Positions 1-13,739 of a stretch of 64,000 bases of DNA are shown piece after piece; position 1 is the first letter of the stretch; each line of letters opens with the position of its first letter. The position numbers and the translations under genes were made by a program. The notes under the pieces were generated by a model, which saw only the letters and a list, made by a program, of their open reading frames with translations, ran no database searches and was not told the origin of the DNA. This DNA is from Eledone cirrhosa (Eukaryota). The stretch spans positions 300,576,001 through 300,640,000 of the forward strand of contig OZ024741.1 in the NCBI GenBank assembly GCA_964016885.1. The letters run 5' to 3'.

Positions 1-98
1 ACGGCAGAGCTCTAGCCGTTTCGACGGCTATTTCTGGAGTTCAGAAATAGCGGTGTGGAGTCCAGAAATAGCCGTCGAAACGGCTTGAGCTCTACCGT
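1..98. repeat. Inverted repeat (38-bp arms) next to a (TA)n tract; probable end of a Penelope-like element
   Basis: 1-38 ACGGCAGAGCTCTAGCCGTTTCGACGGCTATTTCTGGA is the reverse complement of 61-98 with 2 mismatches. It is followed by TAAACATGTC (resembles hammerhead GAAAC-AT-GTC) and (TA)n. The left arm may extend beyond the window edge. Confidence 0.75.
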
Positions 99-469
99 CG
101 GGGTTAAACATGTCCATATATATATATATATATATATACTTGGCGTGGAAATGAAGTCTTTAAAATAGAAGGCTGTCTGCCGTATATAGTAGTAAATGTA
201 GTTAATATTATTTGGAATTTGTACTTTGTTGTACATTTGTGATATTCCGTATGAATGGTGTATTTTGTTTCAGGCCCATGCATAATTATTTTGTTGTCAT
301 TCTTGTGCGTTTACCATACACTCATTGAATTGATTTAAGTCAAGAAAATTTTAGGGTATATGTTTTCATTGAATGGAAACGTAGCAAATCAACAACAAAT
401 GTTATTGCACAATAGAAGGAGAGAATTAACAATGTTCCAGCAAATTCAACCATCTATCACTGGGTTAAA

Positions 470-614
470 CAATTCAATTGATACTCTTCGTTCTGGCCAT
501 CCTTGCACATCCACTATTCATGGCAACATTCAAGCCATTGAAAGTATCATTGATGCAGAACGAAAACAATCATTGCGTTGCATTGCACATGTTACTGGAA
601 TAAACACGGAATAG
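470..614 (+). pseudogene. Tc1/mariner transposase N-terminal (HTH) remnant
   Basis: ORF 360-614 contains DTLRSGHPCTSTIHGNIQAIESIIDAERKQSLRCIAHVTGI, matching the mariner pattern DxPRSGRPxT...ENIxxVxxxIxxDRRxTxRxIAxxxGIS. No catalytic domain is visible. Confidence 0.55.
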
Positions 615-676
615 ACAGAGAAAATTTATTTTCGCTTTAATCGGGGTGGTGATGGATGAATCGTTGCACTGATTTC

Positions 677-2015
677 GACGCAAAACTCCCATATACACAT
701 AACCAAGCCCTAAATACCAGAATATGTAAAAATTATACGCCAAAACAGTCAAATATACGTACGAGAAGGTATACATACCTTCACCTCTGCGCCGCTGAGG
801 CCCTGGAAATACTCTACGCCACAGACCACATCTTAAACAAAAAATCTGAGGCAATTTCGGCTTGTAAACATAAATTGTACAAAACTTTCCTGTATTACAG
901 CCCTACGTTATACCCTAACGGATAGCACGATCTATACGTGGATATTTACGTCTTGATGTGGGAGCTAAGTATATGTTTTGTTTATTCCTTTACTTATTTG
1001 CATAGGTAAGTATATATTACCCGTATGTTTTGTGAAGGTATGTATACCTTCTCGTACGTATATTTGACTGTTTTGGCGTATAATTTTTACATATTCTGGT
1101 ATTTAGGGCTTGGTTATGTGTATATGGGAGTTTTGCGTCTGCGTGAGTATGCAGGTTCGTACGTATGGTGGGTGTGTGTTTATGTGTGCTTCTTGTTTTA
1201 GTTGACTTACGTCTCCGAACCTACCTTCATGTATTTATTTGTAGGTATGTGTGTGCGCTTGTTATATACGTATTTATTTACTTATATACGTTTATATAAT
1301 TATTTATTTATTTGTATACACGCATACACACACACAGATACTTATATGTGCGTGGTTTTGTATACCTATGGTAAGGTTTTGCGTATGCTTGTGTATGTAC
1401 GTATTTGTTTGCGTGTACGTATTTATTTATTTCTATTACTTCTGTATTGTATTTATTTACTTTGTTCTTAACTCTGTAGCGGAGATTCATTTGGTCTCCT
1501 AGTTAGAATTTTAGTCTACGACTTCTGCTATACCATTTACGTGGTTTTGTCTTTGCACGCTATTGTTCTCCACGCTCCACATATGACTTATTATCTTCGT
1601 TTTTTCGTTCATTGCCAGAGAACGTCTCTATGCACCATTTAGAGAACATTAGTCTACGACCTCTTTTATACCATAAACGTGGTTCTGTCCTTGCACGTAA
1701 TTGTCTTTCACCGCTCCTATTAATGACGTATTATTCGTTTTTTCCCGTTCTTTGCCAGCGAACGTCACCATGAACCAAAGTATTGTCTTCCTGTCTTCCT
1801 CCGGTTGCAACGTTTTTTGAAATATTCAGTTCTGCGTTTACAGATTGCCTTTGTTAGTTTCAGAAGATCCCGTTAAGGGTGAAAGCAGCGATTCTTTGCT
1901 TAAACTTTAATCTGTTATTTTAATAAATATTTGCTCTTCGGTTCTTATATATTTGATATATATTTTCCTTATCGAGCCCTCTCTGGATTTTAGTCTTCAA
2001 TTTTATTATTATTAC

Positions 2016-2016
<1 letters not shown>
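677..2016 (+). mobile_element. 5'-truncated Penelope-like element with inverted 5' segment
   Basis: Perfect 108-bp inverted repeat at 677-784 / 1032-1139. The spacer encodes ...YSPTLYPNG* (GIY-YIG C-terminal TLxPxGLN-like). A degenerate hammerhead lies at ~1861-1893 (CAGAAGA-T-CCC-GTTAA-GGG-T-GAAA). The element ends in (TA)n. Confidence 0.65.
1511..1777 (+). repeat. Diverged tandem duplication, ~138-bp period
   Basis: TTAGTCTACGAC...GAACGTC..ATG.ACCA occurs at 1511-1637 and again at 1649-1777. Confidence 0.8.
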
Positions 2017-2052
<36 letters not shown>

Positions 2053-2384
2053 ATATATATTTATATACATATGTATTTATATATAAACACATGTATTCGT
2101 ATATGTGTATATTTCTGCTTCATATATAGGACTGCATAATTCTGTCTTTTAGAGGACATTAGACACTCATTCTCTAGAACGATTGATTTTTATACGTTAA
2201 CTTTGTCTCTATGTGTATGAACGTAAGTAATTAACCTCTACTAAGTTATATAATAGTTCCCTTCCCTTATTTCTTCTAGTGTTTCTGCAACCCCTAGCTC
2301 CTAATTAGCTCCTCGTTCTCCATCCCACATCACTCTTATATCAAATACTATATTCTGGAGGTCAATCTACCATAATATGACAAA

Positions 2385-2419
2385 CCGCTGAGTTGGCATA
2401 TGCTAACGAAACGCGCGTA
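2385..2419 (+). ncRNA. Degenerate type I hammerhead motif
   Basis: CCGCTGA (core decayed from CTGATGA), stem II GTTGGCA-TA-TGCTAAC, then GAAAC-GCGC-GTA with palindromic ACGCGCGT. Stem I pairs poorly. Confidence 0.5.
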
Positions 2420-3820
2420 ATTATGTTATATAATTGCTGTAGTGTTTTAATTTAATTATAGATATATATTATATATTATTGAATACGAGGTGAATCGTAT
2501 TTCAAGCATTTCATTATATTTATTCTGACAAATTGATTCCTGTTTATCTTATATAAGTTGCTGGTATAAGTGATGTTAATTGTGGTGGTGTTGACGGTGT
2601 CAATATTATTCACTCTCGTGAACATTGTGTACAGGCAGCAATAATTAACTTCATATCATTCAAAATCCGTGCTTTGCTGGAAAAGATTCATCAAATGTAA
2701 CTTGCTAATGATCTTATTTTGGTTGCAGGGGTTATTGGGCACGAATATCCAGCCAGTTGTTAAATTGCGTTATCTTAGTATCAATTAATTGCACACCTTA
2801 ATGTAATTAACAAACATTTGTTTTCAAATTAAACCACTCGCGTATACGTAGTATTTCATTGAGGAATTTGATAATAAATAATTATTGTAAGTGAAGACGA
2901 TTCAAGATGTTTAGTGAAACATGTCTTTGCTTTGGAAATAATAATACTAGACAGATTCGATGAATAGACCTATAATTGAATACACCTGTAATAGTATACA
3001 GCAGGAGACATTCTACTGGCTGAGAGATATAAGAGATTCAATCATATTTCTCCATGTGTATGTAAGTATATGTAATCATCCCTTCATTCAAGTTTCCAGT
3101 CATGTAACATATGAATTAGTTTCGCACTAATCACTCATTTCCTTTGAACTGTTATTAATGTGTCACTATATCACACCGTTCTTATTATTTTAGGACTATG
3201 GAAGAAAACAATATTTCTAATTATGTCTTTAACACAGTAACATAATACCAGTAGTGCATTTTAATTGCATTAGCATCGATTTCTTTTAACTAACTCAGCC
3301 AATATTGTTTCGCAGTTAATTACATATTAATTATTATGACTTTCTGTCTTTTCAAAATAGTCACGTCCGTTAGTAAATTAATGAAGTGACCTGTAACAGT
3401 TAAAGAAAATCATTATTAATATAGTCTCATTCACACATGTTTAGTATATGATATAAAACCAGGCTATTTGGGGATTGAATATGCATTTCTATCTGCTGAT
3501 TAAGTTTTATATAATATTAATTAATGTAATCAATAAATTCCTTCGGTAGGCCCGAGTTTAACCTTAGTTTAGATATTCAATAAAAGAGGGACATCCAATT
3601 ACGATGTTTAGTGGTCTCTGGTAGTAATTTACTGCTTTTCAAATTCTGTGGTTTGTTATATGAGCGTTTGTACTTAAGTAGGTGTTTATCTATGTTTCTA
3701 TGTATGTATGTATGTATGTATGTATGTATGCATGTATGTGTGCATGTAAGTATGTACTTATATATATATATATATATGTGTGTACGTATGTATGTACTCA
3801 TGTACAATGTACAATATATG

Positions 3821-3853
<33 letters not shown>

Positions 3854-3856
3854 GTG

Positions 3857-3897
<41 letters not shown>

Positions 3898-4299
3898 ATA
3901 ATAATACGTTGACGGGACTAGCATGACTTTGACTGCTAGTACCGGTTGCATCTCAGTGTACTCAATAGGTAATGTTATGTAAAATCACAGAGTAGACACA
4001 TAGTTATTTGCTTCAGTACAACACACGCAAATTGGTACCTCCAATCTATACTCGTACTCGAGTTTCAGCCACACTTAATGCAGCGATAGAGTTCACAGCA
4101 TCCATTGTCTGAATTTATTATAGATCAATGCACCATGGGCGCGTGTGGCTTCATTGCCGGGTTTCACCTAATCAATAACCAATCGATTGACATAATTCGA
4201 TGCCAGTCCGTGTCGGCTATGACAGTGAATGTGACGGTCGAGGCAGTGGTACATTAGCGACTGAAATCCTTATGCGTCATCACAATGCCGCCAACCGAT

Positions 4300-4590
4300 T
4301 GGCCACTAGTTCAGAAATTTACATGATGGTAGGGGACGAAATTCAAATAGTTCCTATATATAAATATATAACTACCTTCACAGCTGTTGCTACGACCATG
4401 ACTATCTCTATATGTACACAAGAGATTTCATTTTTCCAGTCTCCTTCTCAACAAGGACGGTGAAAAAAAACTTGCCTCAACACTTAATTTTAAATCTTTA
4501 ATTTTTTATTTGTAATTCTTATTAATTCTTTTTAATTGTAATACTCAACATTTGATGAGATGGATTTTACTAATGTATCGAAACCGGTTA
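4300..4590 (+). mobile_element. Penelope-like 3' remnant with decayed hammerhead, interrupted by a Helitron
   Basis: EIQIVPIYKY...TQEISFF resembles a PLE endonuclease end. TTGATGA (4552-4558), stem II GAT...ATC, GAAAC-CG-GTT (4580-4589). A Helitron 5' TC begins at 4591. Confidence 0.5.
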
Positions 4591-6347
4591 TCTATATATT
4601 AATTTCAACAATCTCATTATTCCGTGTGTCATAATTCTCGATTATCATTGGTTCATAGGTTTCGAACGACTCCACCCACTTCAACGACGCCAACTGAAAT
4701 TAATATGCATAATGCCAATGATAGAGTGAGAGGGGAGCGTGTGAACGCTGTATTTGATACACTATGTATATGTGTCAGTGTAGAGACATGTGTGTGTGTG
4801 TGATGTGTGTGGAAATAAGAGGTGAAGTAAAGCAATAACTATTAATATGTGTGCGTGTGTATGTACGTGTGCGTATGTTTATGTGTGCGTGCGTGCGTGC
4901 AGCGCTCCACAGAAAGTAAAAACTGTCAACATGTGTGAGTGTGTGCGTGTGTAAATTTGCGTGCGTATGCGCGTTTCCATGTGTGTATGTGTGTGGCGTT
5001 CCCCAATCGCCACGCAGTTATCTGTCTGTGTGTCTGTCTGTCAGTCTAACATACACAGTGTTGTGAAGGGAGTAAATAGGGACCTTTTTTTACATTGACG
5101 GACATCTTTTATGTTTATTATTGTGTCATTTTTTGACAATTGCTCGAAATGAATACTGATAATAAAAGCAATTCGACTTTATCAAACAGTGAACTACAGC
5201 GGCGACGGAGAGCAGCCAGCAATGAAGAAAAACGGGCCGAACAGCGCCATCGGAACGCCGAACTTCAGAGGCGAAGACGTACCGCTATGGATGAAGAGGA
5301 GCTGGCTGAATAACGCCAACGAAACACTGGAGCCTTGCAGCTACGGCGTGCTGCGATGCTTGAAGACGAACTGGCTGTGCATCATCAGCAGATGGCCGGA
5401 ATTCAGCAGCAACGGCGTGCTGCGCCAGCGCAATACAGAAGTTCAGAGAATGTGTCACCAAAGTGCTCCTCATTCCAGTAAAGAGGCTAGAAGGCGAACT
5501 GATAATATTAAAAATGGATCATGGCAACCGTGTCATTTTCAGATTGGTGGACGAGTAGAGTGTCCACATTGTGGAGCATTGCTTTGGAGGCACGAAACGA
5601 CGTGCACCACAATGTGCTGTCATAAAGAAGCAGTTAAACTAGAACCCTTGCGAATGCCGGATGATGAGGAGTCAGCGGAGTTTAAAATACTAAGTATGTG
5701 GGGTGATCAAGGAGACCTAGGTAGATTACTGCGCAAATATTCGCGGCAAATTAACAATTCATTAGCTTTAGCATCGCAGAGAGTTAGTGAGATGTTTGAG
5801 AGTGGTGCATGACAAGCGAATGTAGTCATTCAAGGCCGTTTGTATCATTATATCGGTAATTTAGAAGTTATCTCAGGAGAGAGGCCTCGATTCCCTCAAA
5901 TTTACGTTAACGATCTAGATTATAGTGAAATCGGAGGAAGAAATCAGGATCGCTTGGATGAAGTTGCCGGGAAATTTAACTGAACTTGAAGGGCAAAGAT
6001 TAAGTGATTTGATCCGTGATTTGCAATCATGGCTTAGACAGTGTAATCCTTATGTTATGGATTTCATGTTGGTGGCTGAAATGCAAAATGTTCAGCAGCA
6101 AACATTGGTGATTAAGGCTGACGCAATGCCAAGGAATCAACACGAACGGCGATATAATGCCCCTGAAGGATTTCGTGAAGTTGCTGTGTTGATGGACGAT
6201 AAGCCTGGATCGAGAGATATCGTCCTCAATCGCAGAGATGGTGGTCTCAAAACTATCAATGAGTCAAATAGGGCATACGATCCATTGCATTATGTTCTTT
6301 TATTCCCAAAAGGTGAAAATAGATGGAACATATCTGTTCATTTAGAT
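4591..6347 (+). mobile_element. Helitron 5' part (5' terminus and N-terminal Rep/Hel coding region, disrupted)
   Basis: A^TCTATATATTAATTTC 5' end. ORFs carry CPHCGALLWRHE..MCC, YSRQINNSLALAS, NPYVMDF, HERRYNAP..EVAVL, RDIVL and INESNRAYDPLHYVLLFPKGE, all typical Helitron Rep N-terminal motifs. Stops and frameshifts are present. Confidence 0.9.
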
Positions 6348-6929
6348 CAAAGGTTCTCAACCCATTTTTCCCTTCGAAATCACGAAACGCCCCTGCCCTT
6401 TTTTTCCATTTTTCAATGTACTACTGATTTTGATATCAGTAGATTACTAAAAAAATGATTAACGATATTCCAAAGATACCATTGCAGGCAGTTGAAAGTA
6501 TAAATACATTCCTTGAAAGGAAGTATATAGATTTCAAAAAAAGGAACATAAATGTTCTTTTTTATGAATTAGGACCAGTTGAATTTGTTATATTCCCACC
6601 AGACGATAGCAGCTATTTTGAACATTTATACAAGAGCAATTCTATCTATCCAAAGAGTGCTCTTATATGGAAGAAAGTGGCAATTGTATTATTTCAAAGC
6701 TTTCTAATTTTCCCTTTAATGAAACGGACAGAATAAATGTTGATATCTAACTTGATGTCCCCTCCGCTTTGTGACCACGCAAGAGGGTTTTCATGACCTC
6801 GTAAGAGGGCATATTCATTAGCAAACGGTAAAATATATACAACAAATGAGTAAGTGAATTGTGGTAGATGGATTCCAGTCCAGTCAGATTGCAACTACAA
6901 ATAAAAAATCGACTTACTTTGACCTCGTA

Positions 6930-8705
6930 TCAATGGGACCCTTGAGCTTCATGGAGTTTAGCTAACTCTTTGACGTCAGGCTGGATTTTCGTGAGCTGTA
7001 GCCGGAGATCTCCACGTGCAATCACATTGAAGCGGTTGCGAGCCTTACTATGCAGTCTGGAAACAACGCCAAACCCCCTCTCGACTAAGTATGAGCTAGG
7101 AAAAGGAAAAGCAAATTTCTTAGCCTCTGCATGTAGGAGTGGAAATCGACGCTGAATTTCCTCTTGCATCCATTTCACCTATTTTGGAAAATTTCATTTT
7201 GATAATGTCATCTGTCTGAAGTTCAATTAATTCTTCCTGAAATTTAACGTCGAAATCGTCGACGTTGGCTATGAAGGGATCTGCTATCCACATTGGGATG
7301 TCCATCTGCAAAAGGTCGACAAACCGTTCTCTCATGTTGTCTTGTAGTGCACGGAGGTGCGCGGTATAAATTTACAGTTGGTCATCGCTCACAATGTTTG
7401 AAACATTGGCGACACTAGGAAAATTATAGAATTCCCGTCGACAAAGATTCCTTTCGATGACTTTCAATTTGGCCAGGAATATTTTCACAGCATTCCTTTC
7501 TTTAAACAAGGTGATCTTCTCCCCCTGCAAAGCCATAATGAGAGTATTGCATTTGTCAAAGATGTCGGCGAGGTAGGCACAGTCTTGCCTCACATCGAGG
7601 GTTTTTTTTAATATAGTTCTGTGTTGCGTCCTCGAAGAAACTCAATGATAGAGTCGAACAGTTTAAAGAAGCGAGTAAGGCACTTGCCCTTTGAAAGCCA
7701 CCTCACTTCAGTATGAAGGAGCAACTCGACGAATTCTTCGTCATTATCTTCGCACAGTTGCTGGAAAATTCGTTCATTGATCGCATGGTGTTTGATATAA
7801 TTGATGACATCAATGGCTACTTGCAAAGACTTGCTCAGCGGCTCGCTGAGTTTCTTCGCAGCCAAGTGTTGTCGATGAATGACACAATGAACAGCAAATA
7901 CAGATGGATTTTCCCTCTTCAGAAGAGAGACGAAACCCTTATGTTGGCCGACCATTGCTCTTGCGCCGTCCGTAGCACATGATACAATATTGTTAAGAGG
8001 TATCTCTTTTACTTCAAGGTATCCCTTGACAGATTCAAAGATCGTGGCACATTTAGTATCTGTCGCTAGATTCAGAGTGAAGAGAAGCTCCTCGTGCATT
8101 TCGTTTTGGTGGAAAAATTGGACGTATCCCAGTAGTAAGGACTGATTCCCGGAAAGTGTGCTTTCATCAAGTTGCAAAGCAAATTGTGTCGATTTCAAGA
8201 TGTTGCATAATTGTTGTTCAACATTTTCCGCCATTTCGTCGATGCGTCTCTTTATTGAGTCGTTACTCAACGGAATACATTTCAAGGTCTTTAACGGGTT
8301 CTGATGTAGTACTGTTGAAAGAACTTCTGAGATGACAGGGGCTACCAATGTTTCACCCAAGGAATGGGGCTTGCCACACTTTGCGATTATGTTGGCAATA
8401 TTGTAAGATGCGACAAGTCCATCAACATTTGAAGCTTCAACTTTTGAAAAGGCAGAAGAAATTAGTGTTGTATTCTGGAATTGCTCCCTAAGAGACTGAA
8501 AGTATGCTAAATCTTTATATCTCTTATCGGGGTGTCTCACCTCCAGGTGTCTACTCAAACGCGATGGCTTCATCGCCTCATTCGAAAAGGACTCCTTGCA
8601 AATTAAACACATGGGTGACAGGTGGTTCGACGGCGATGGGATGAATCCGAACCGTAAGTAATCAACGCTGTACTGCCTGCATTTTTTCTTCATTGCTGAG
8701 GCCAT
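6930..8705 (-). pseudogene. Buster-family hAT transposase with frameshifts
   Basis: BED finger CLICKESFSNEAMKPSRLSRHLEVRH, then LQLDEST, CATDGA, HCVIHRQHL, EVRWLS and FPSSYLVERGF. Split over ORFs 8705-7608, 7593-7372, 7335-7120 and 7178-6930. Confidence 0.93.
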
Positions 8706-9443
8706 TTTCTGTTTAGCGAATGTGTTTGGTAAAGTTACGCAAAGATTTGCCTATATAAGCCTATAAAATTATATATAAGGAACTTACTATAATTAGTCCT
8801 GTTCCAGTATGATAAAGTTTCAAGTAATGTTCTGGAATAACACTTTGTAATAAACAAAACTGCAATGAAAAAGACAAATACTGTCATTAATTAACCAAGT
8901 CGAGACAAGTTATATATGAAGATTAACCAGTCTTTCATGTAGGAATAGTAATAACTTAGCTTGAGGGAATTAAGGTGGCAGACTCAATAAAGAATCAACG
9001 AGGCAACGAGTTCAAGAGAACTTAATGCAAGAATGACTAGTAATGTGCTATTTTGAAATGGAATTCATCAATTAAGCACGTAGTGATAAGACACGATAAT
9101 ACTAAGTTAAGACATTACTTATTAGTCAGAGTTACTCAAATTATCGCCCTTAACTTAATGCATCACTGTGATATTCTTGTAATGGTGCTGCAATTATAAT
9201 GGATGACTGTTGAAGACTACAAAAGCATTTCCTTAAATCCAAGGCTATAACAAGACTTGATCGTAGTATAAACAGTCAGTTTATATAGGAATAGCAACAA
9301 CCTAGTTATAGAATAAATTATGTGGAAATGCAATGAAGATAAGATGGGGTCAAGCAAACCGAATGTTAGTAAGAATGAGCTGAAGTATCGAGGTCAAGCC
9401 GATCACAGTGATGAACGGGACAGTGAATAATGTTGCTCCTTTC

Positions 9444-10717
9444 CAGGGGCCTCGTTTGCCTTAAAAATGTGAGGGGGACAAAGCAACATGTGTTAGAGCA
9501 TTTTAGTATTACTTATGGTGTCTTTCCTGAACCCTATCACATAAGTAAAAATTTCTTTACGTTAATTAAATTTTATATATTCAAATGAAGTTCAGATATA
9601 AAAAAAAAATAAGCTTAAAAAGTATTTATTATATCAAATAAACAAAAAATAAAACAGACGTTTGAATAAAAATCATATAAAGTAAATTTATTGTCTTTCA
9701 GAACTTTCCAAATGTATCATATCTCGCATCATTGCTGTCAATAAATAATTTAGCAACTTCTTCACAACTAATATTTTTCCAAACATCTTTATGAACGTCT
9801 CATATTAGAATATCATTCAACCCTTGCTAAGTCATGGTCGATCGCAACCAAGTTTTGAGTCTCTGCAGAGCGCTAAAAGATCTTTCAGCTTCACAAGAAC
9901 TGGTTGGAAACATTAAAAGTAGCCTGAACAATCGCACATCATTTAGAAACATGCGACGGACTTCTGGTTGCATTTCACCGAATATTTTACGATGATCCTC
10001 GAGAGATGATCCACTATTATGATTTCTATAAAAAAGTATTTCGTTCCTTAAAGAAAATTCATCAAGCTCTGGATACTGTATGATCACTTCAGCACAAACA
10101 TTTCCATTCCTGGTATCTTTTAGGAACTTTTCATTGCCTGGGTGGCTCCAAAGGAGAAATATCGAGTTGATAAATCATTTTTTTCTGCTGTATTGAACAG
10201 CTCCTGAAATTTTTCTTCACTGCGTAGATTTTTTTAGCTCCTCCTGCACCAGTTTGACACTATGCAACATGCTACCTAGATTGAAGGTGGTACTTTGAAA
10301 ATATTTGTTCAATCCTTCAAGGAATTGAAGTAATGGAACTACAACGTGCAATCCAAGGACACATTGGCCCGGAGAGTGACACGTAAGAATAACATTAGCT
10401 CTGGATGCAATATTGGTGCCAAACTCATTTGTTGCCTCTTGTAAATAAATAGGGACATCTGAATAATTGTCAAGAAGGGTTTTGACTGCAGAAAGTCGTG
10501 TTAGCCATCGAGTAGGGCACACAGGTGTTAACGAGCGTGGTGACGATTCTTCATTTTCTTCATCATGTTGTGATAAATACGCTTGCTTAAATTTTCCTGA
10601 TGTACTATATAGTTTCCACAATTCATTCACGCAACCTAGAACATTTTTGATAAGTGAAGCTTGTTGCACAGACTTAGTTATAATAAGTTGAGAAATATGA
10701 ATGCCGCAGTGGGCCAA
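9444..10717 (-). mobile_element. Second hAT element: C-terminal transposase fragment and probable terminus
   Basis: AHCGIH, PVCPTRWLTR and the dimerisation motif PTSSCEAERSFSALQRLKTWLRSTMT. A CAGGGGC TIR-like end lies at 9444. The other end was not found. Confidence 0.8.
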
Positions 10718-11401
10718 ATCAAGTTATGTTAGAATGATCCTTAAAAAATACCCGTACGAATTAAATACAAAAAAAGTTTCAATCCAAAACAAAAGCAAAC
10801 TATTTCAAATTATATACTTTTGAAAAATAGACGTGAATGTTCTCAAAGACTTGATTTCAGTCGAAAAAGCTTTTTTTTTTAAAATTCTATATTTCACTAT
10901 TAGCGTTTGTAATATTTTGATTGGATAAACAATTCTACAATTCAAACTGTAAAGCCAAAATACAAAAGATGTAAAATATGAAGAATTTCTTACCTTTCTC
11001 TGAAATCACAAACTCAGGGGAAAAATAGTACCTTGCAAAATAAAATACCTCGTAGCAAAATAAAATACTTAGCAACGAATGATGCTTGAGGACAGTGAGA
11101 AAGTAGTATTTGTATCCCTTATATATATATACATAGATAGATACACAGACACACACAAACACACATAGACACGCACACACGCAAGCACGCACACACACAC
11201 ACAGAAGTTTGTGTGTGTGTATGTATGTGTGTATGCGTGTGTGCGTGTCTATGTGTGTTTGTGCGTGTCTGTTGTGTATCTATCTATGTATATATATATA
11301 TTGGTTTGCGTACAGAAAGAATTTTGTCTACAGTTTTTTATTGCCAGGTCAAAGGCCACTGCTCTTTTCAACAACACCAAATAACAACGCTCCACACACA
11401 T

Positions 11402-11441
<40 letters not shown>

Positions 11442-11699
11442 ATGAAGAGAGAAAGAGGGAGGGACAGAGAGAGTAAGAAATGTGTGTGTGTTTGGTACAC
11501 ATCTATCTATCTCCAACAGGGGGCTCACAGAAGCGGCTCGCGAACTACATATCTGTGGCCCGTGGTAGAACCAATATTTCATATCGCATTATAACTGGTG
11601 AAAATGTTCACCCACCGCCACGTTTGGCCCCCTGTGCCTCTCCTCCAGGGCGTAATAGCCATTTTGTGTCCTTGAGTTTGAGAGCCCCCTTCTACACAC

Positions 11700-11973
11700 A
11701 CACATACGGACATATTTTACTTTTTTTTCTGTCTCTGGACTACGCCATGCTGGAGCATCACCTTGGTATGTTATGGGAACGCCAACAAACCAACAAGCAT
11801 TGGTAGGAGGGCAAACACAAACGCAAAGACGCACACAGACATATATACATATATACGACGGGCTTTTTTTTAATTTCGATCTATCAAATCCACTCACAGG
11901 GCTTTGGTCGCCCCGGGCAGTGGGACTGAACCCGGAAATATGTGGTTGGGAAACAAGCTTCTTGTCACACTGC

Positions 11974-11975
<2 letters not shown>
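11700..11975 (-). mobile_element. tRNA-derived SINE, octopus-type
   Basis: Minus strand reads AAGAAGCTTGTTTCCCAACCAC...GGGTTCAGTCCC (B-box-like)...GACCAAAGCCCTGTGAGTGGATTTG...AAGCCCGTCGTATATATG, recalled as an abundant octopus repeat. Confidence 0.65.
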
Positions 11976-12042
<67 letters not shown>

Positions 12043-12399
12043 TAAAATTCCTTTACAGATAAAATATAACAAAATATCGTGTATTCAATGACAGAGAAAT
12101 AATTTTTAGTATTATAGACCTAATTAATATACATTTTAGAAATATATTTATAATTTGGTTTTAAATTTGGTCAACCTAAAAATTTAATTTAATTGGCTTA
12201 AAAATAGTATCCTAATACAGATGGATTGCAGAGTGTCATGTAATCATAGAATGGGATAGGTTTTGGATGTATACCTAGTTAATATATTCTTTGCAATTTT
12301 TGAAAAAATATGTATATGTATGTATATATATGTATGTGTATATATGTATATATATGAGTATATATATGTATGTATATGTATATGTTTATGTATTAATTT

Positions 12400-12770
12400 T
12401 AATTTCTGTTTACCTATAATTATATTCTACTATTGATAAAATACAATATCTGTTTTATTTATTATATACCTAATTAACATATACTATAGAAATTAATATA
12501 TAATTTTTAATTTAGTTAACCTATAATTTATATTCTACTACCGATGTAATACTTTATTTGTTTTTTCCCTATTACTAAATTCATTTCCTAATATTGATAC
12601 CATAACGTTAATAATTTTAATTTAGTTATACTATAATTAATACTCTACTACTATTTAACTTCAAAGTTCTGCTTCAAATATTATAAACCTAAGTAATTTA
12701 CACCTTAGAAATCAATATATTAACTATCTTTAGTTTAGTTAACCTATAATTAATGGTATACTTATATTGA
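12400..12770. repeat. Diverged AT-rich tandem repeat, ~110-bp period
   Basis: A motif like TTTAGTTAACCTATAATTAATATTCTACTA recurs near 12410, 12511, 12621 and 12734. Confidence 0.6.
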
Positions 12771-12906
12771 AATGCATAGTTTTGCCTTCTTTCTTGCATT
12801 TCCTAATACTGAAACTATGTAAACACATATTGTGATCTAAATGCAGATTAATATTCTATGTTTCTTGAAACATATATTTACTATAATCCCCCCCCCCCTA
12901 CTATTA

Positions 12907-13023
12907 TTATTTGTATTTGTAAGCGTGTATGTATGTATGTATATGTAGGTAGGTATATATGTTTGGGTGTTTATATGTGAGTATAAAAATACATATATGC
13001 GCATGCAAATAAGGGTGTATGAT

Positions 13024-13064
<41 letters not shown>

Positions 13065-13345
13065 ATGTATATATATATGTGTATATATGTGTGTGTATAT
13101 ATGTGTGTGTATATGTATGTCTCTCTATATATATATGTGTATCTTTGTATCTATGTGGGTATATGTGTGTATGTACATGTATGCACATGTATATGTCTAT
13201 GTGTATATGTGTGTATGTGTATATGTGTACGTATGTGCGCATATATATGTGAGTGTGTGTGTATATATATGTATGTCTATATATATATATATATTATTTA
13301 TTATTATAATATATGTATATATATATATATGAAAATATGAATATA

Positions 13346-13389
<44 letters not shown>

Positions 13390-13473
13390 TTGTAGTGAAT
13401 GTGTGTATATGTATGTATATATATATATGTGTGTGTGTATGTATGTGTATATCTATGTATGTGTGTGTGTATA

Positions 13474-13520
<47 letters not shown>

Positions 13521-13666
13521 GTATGTGTGTGCATATTTGTCTGACTGTGTGTATTAATTTATTTATTTTTTTATTTATCTTATTTCTTTATTTTTTTATA
13601 TATATGTATGTGTATGTGTATGTATGTATGTATGTATGTGTGTGCATATGTATATATATGTATGTG

Positions 13667-13739
<73 letters not shown>

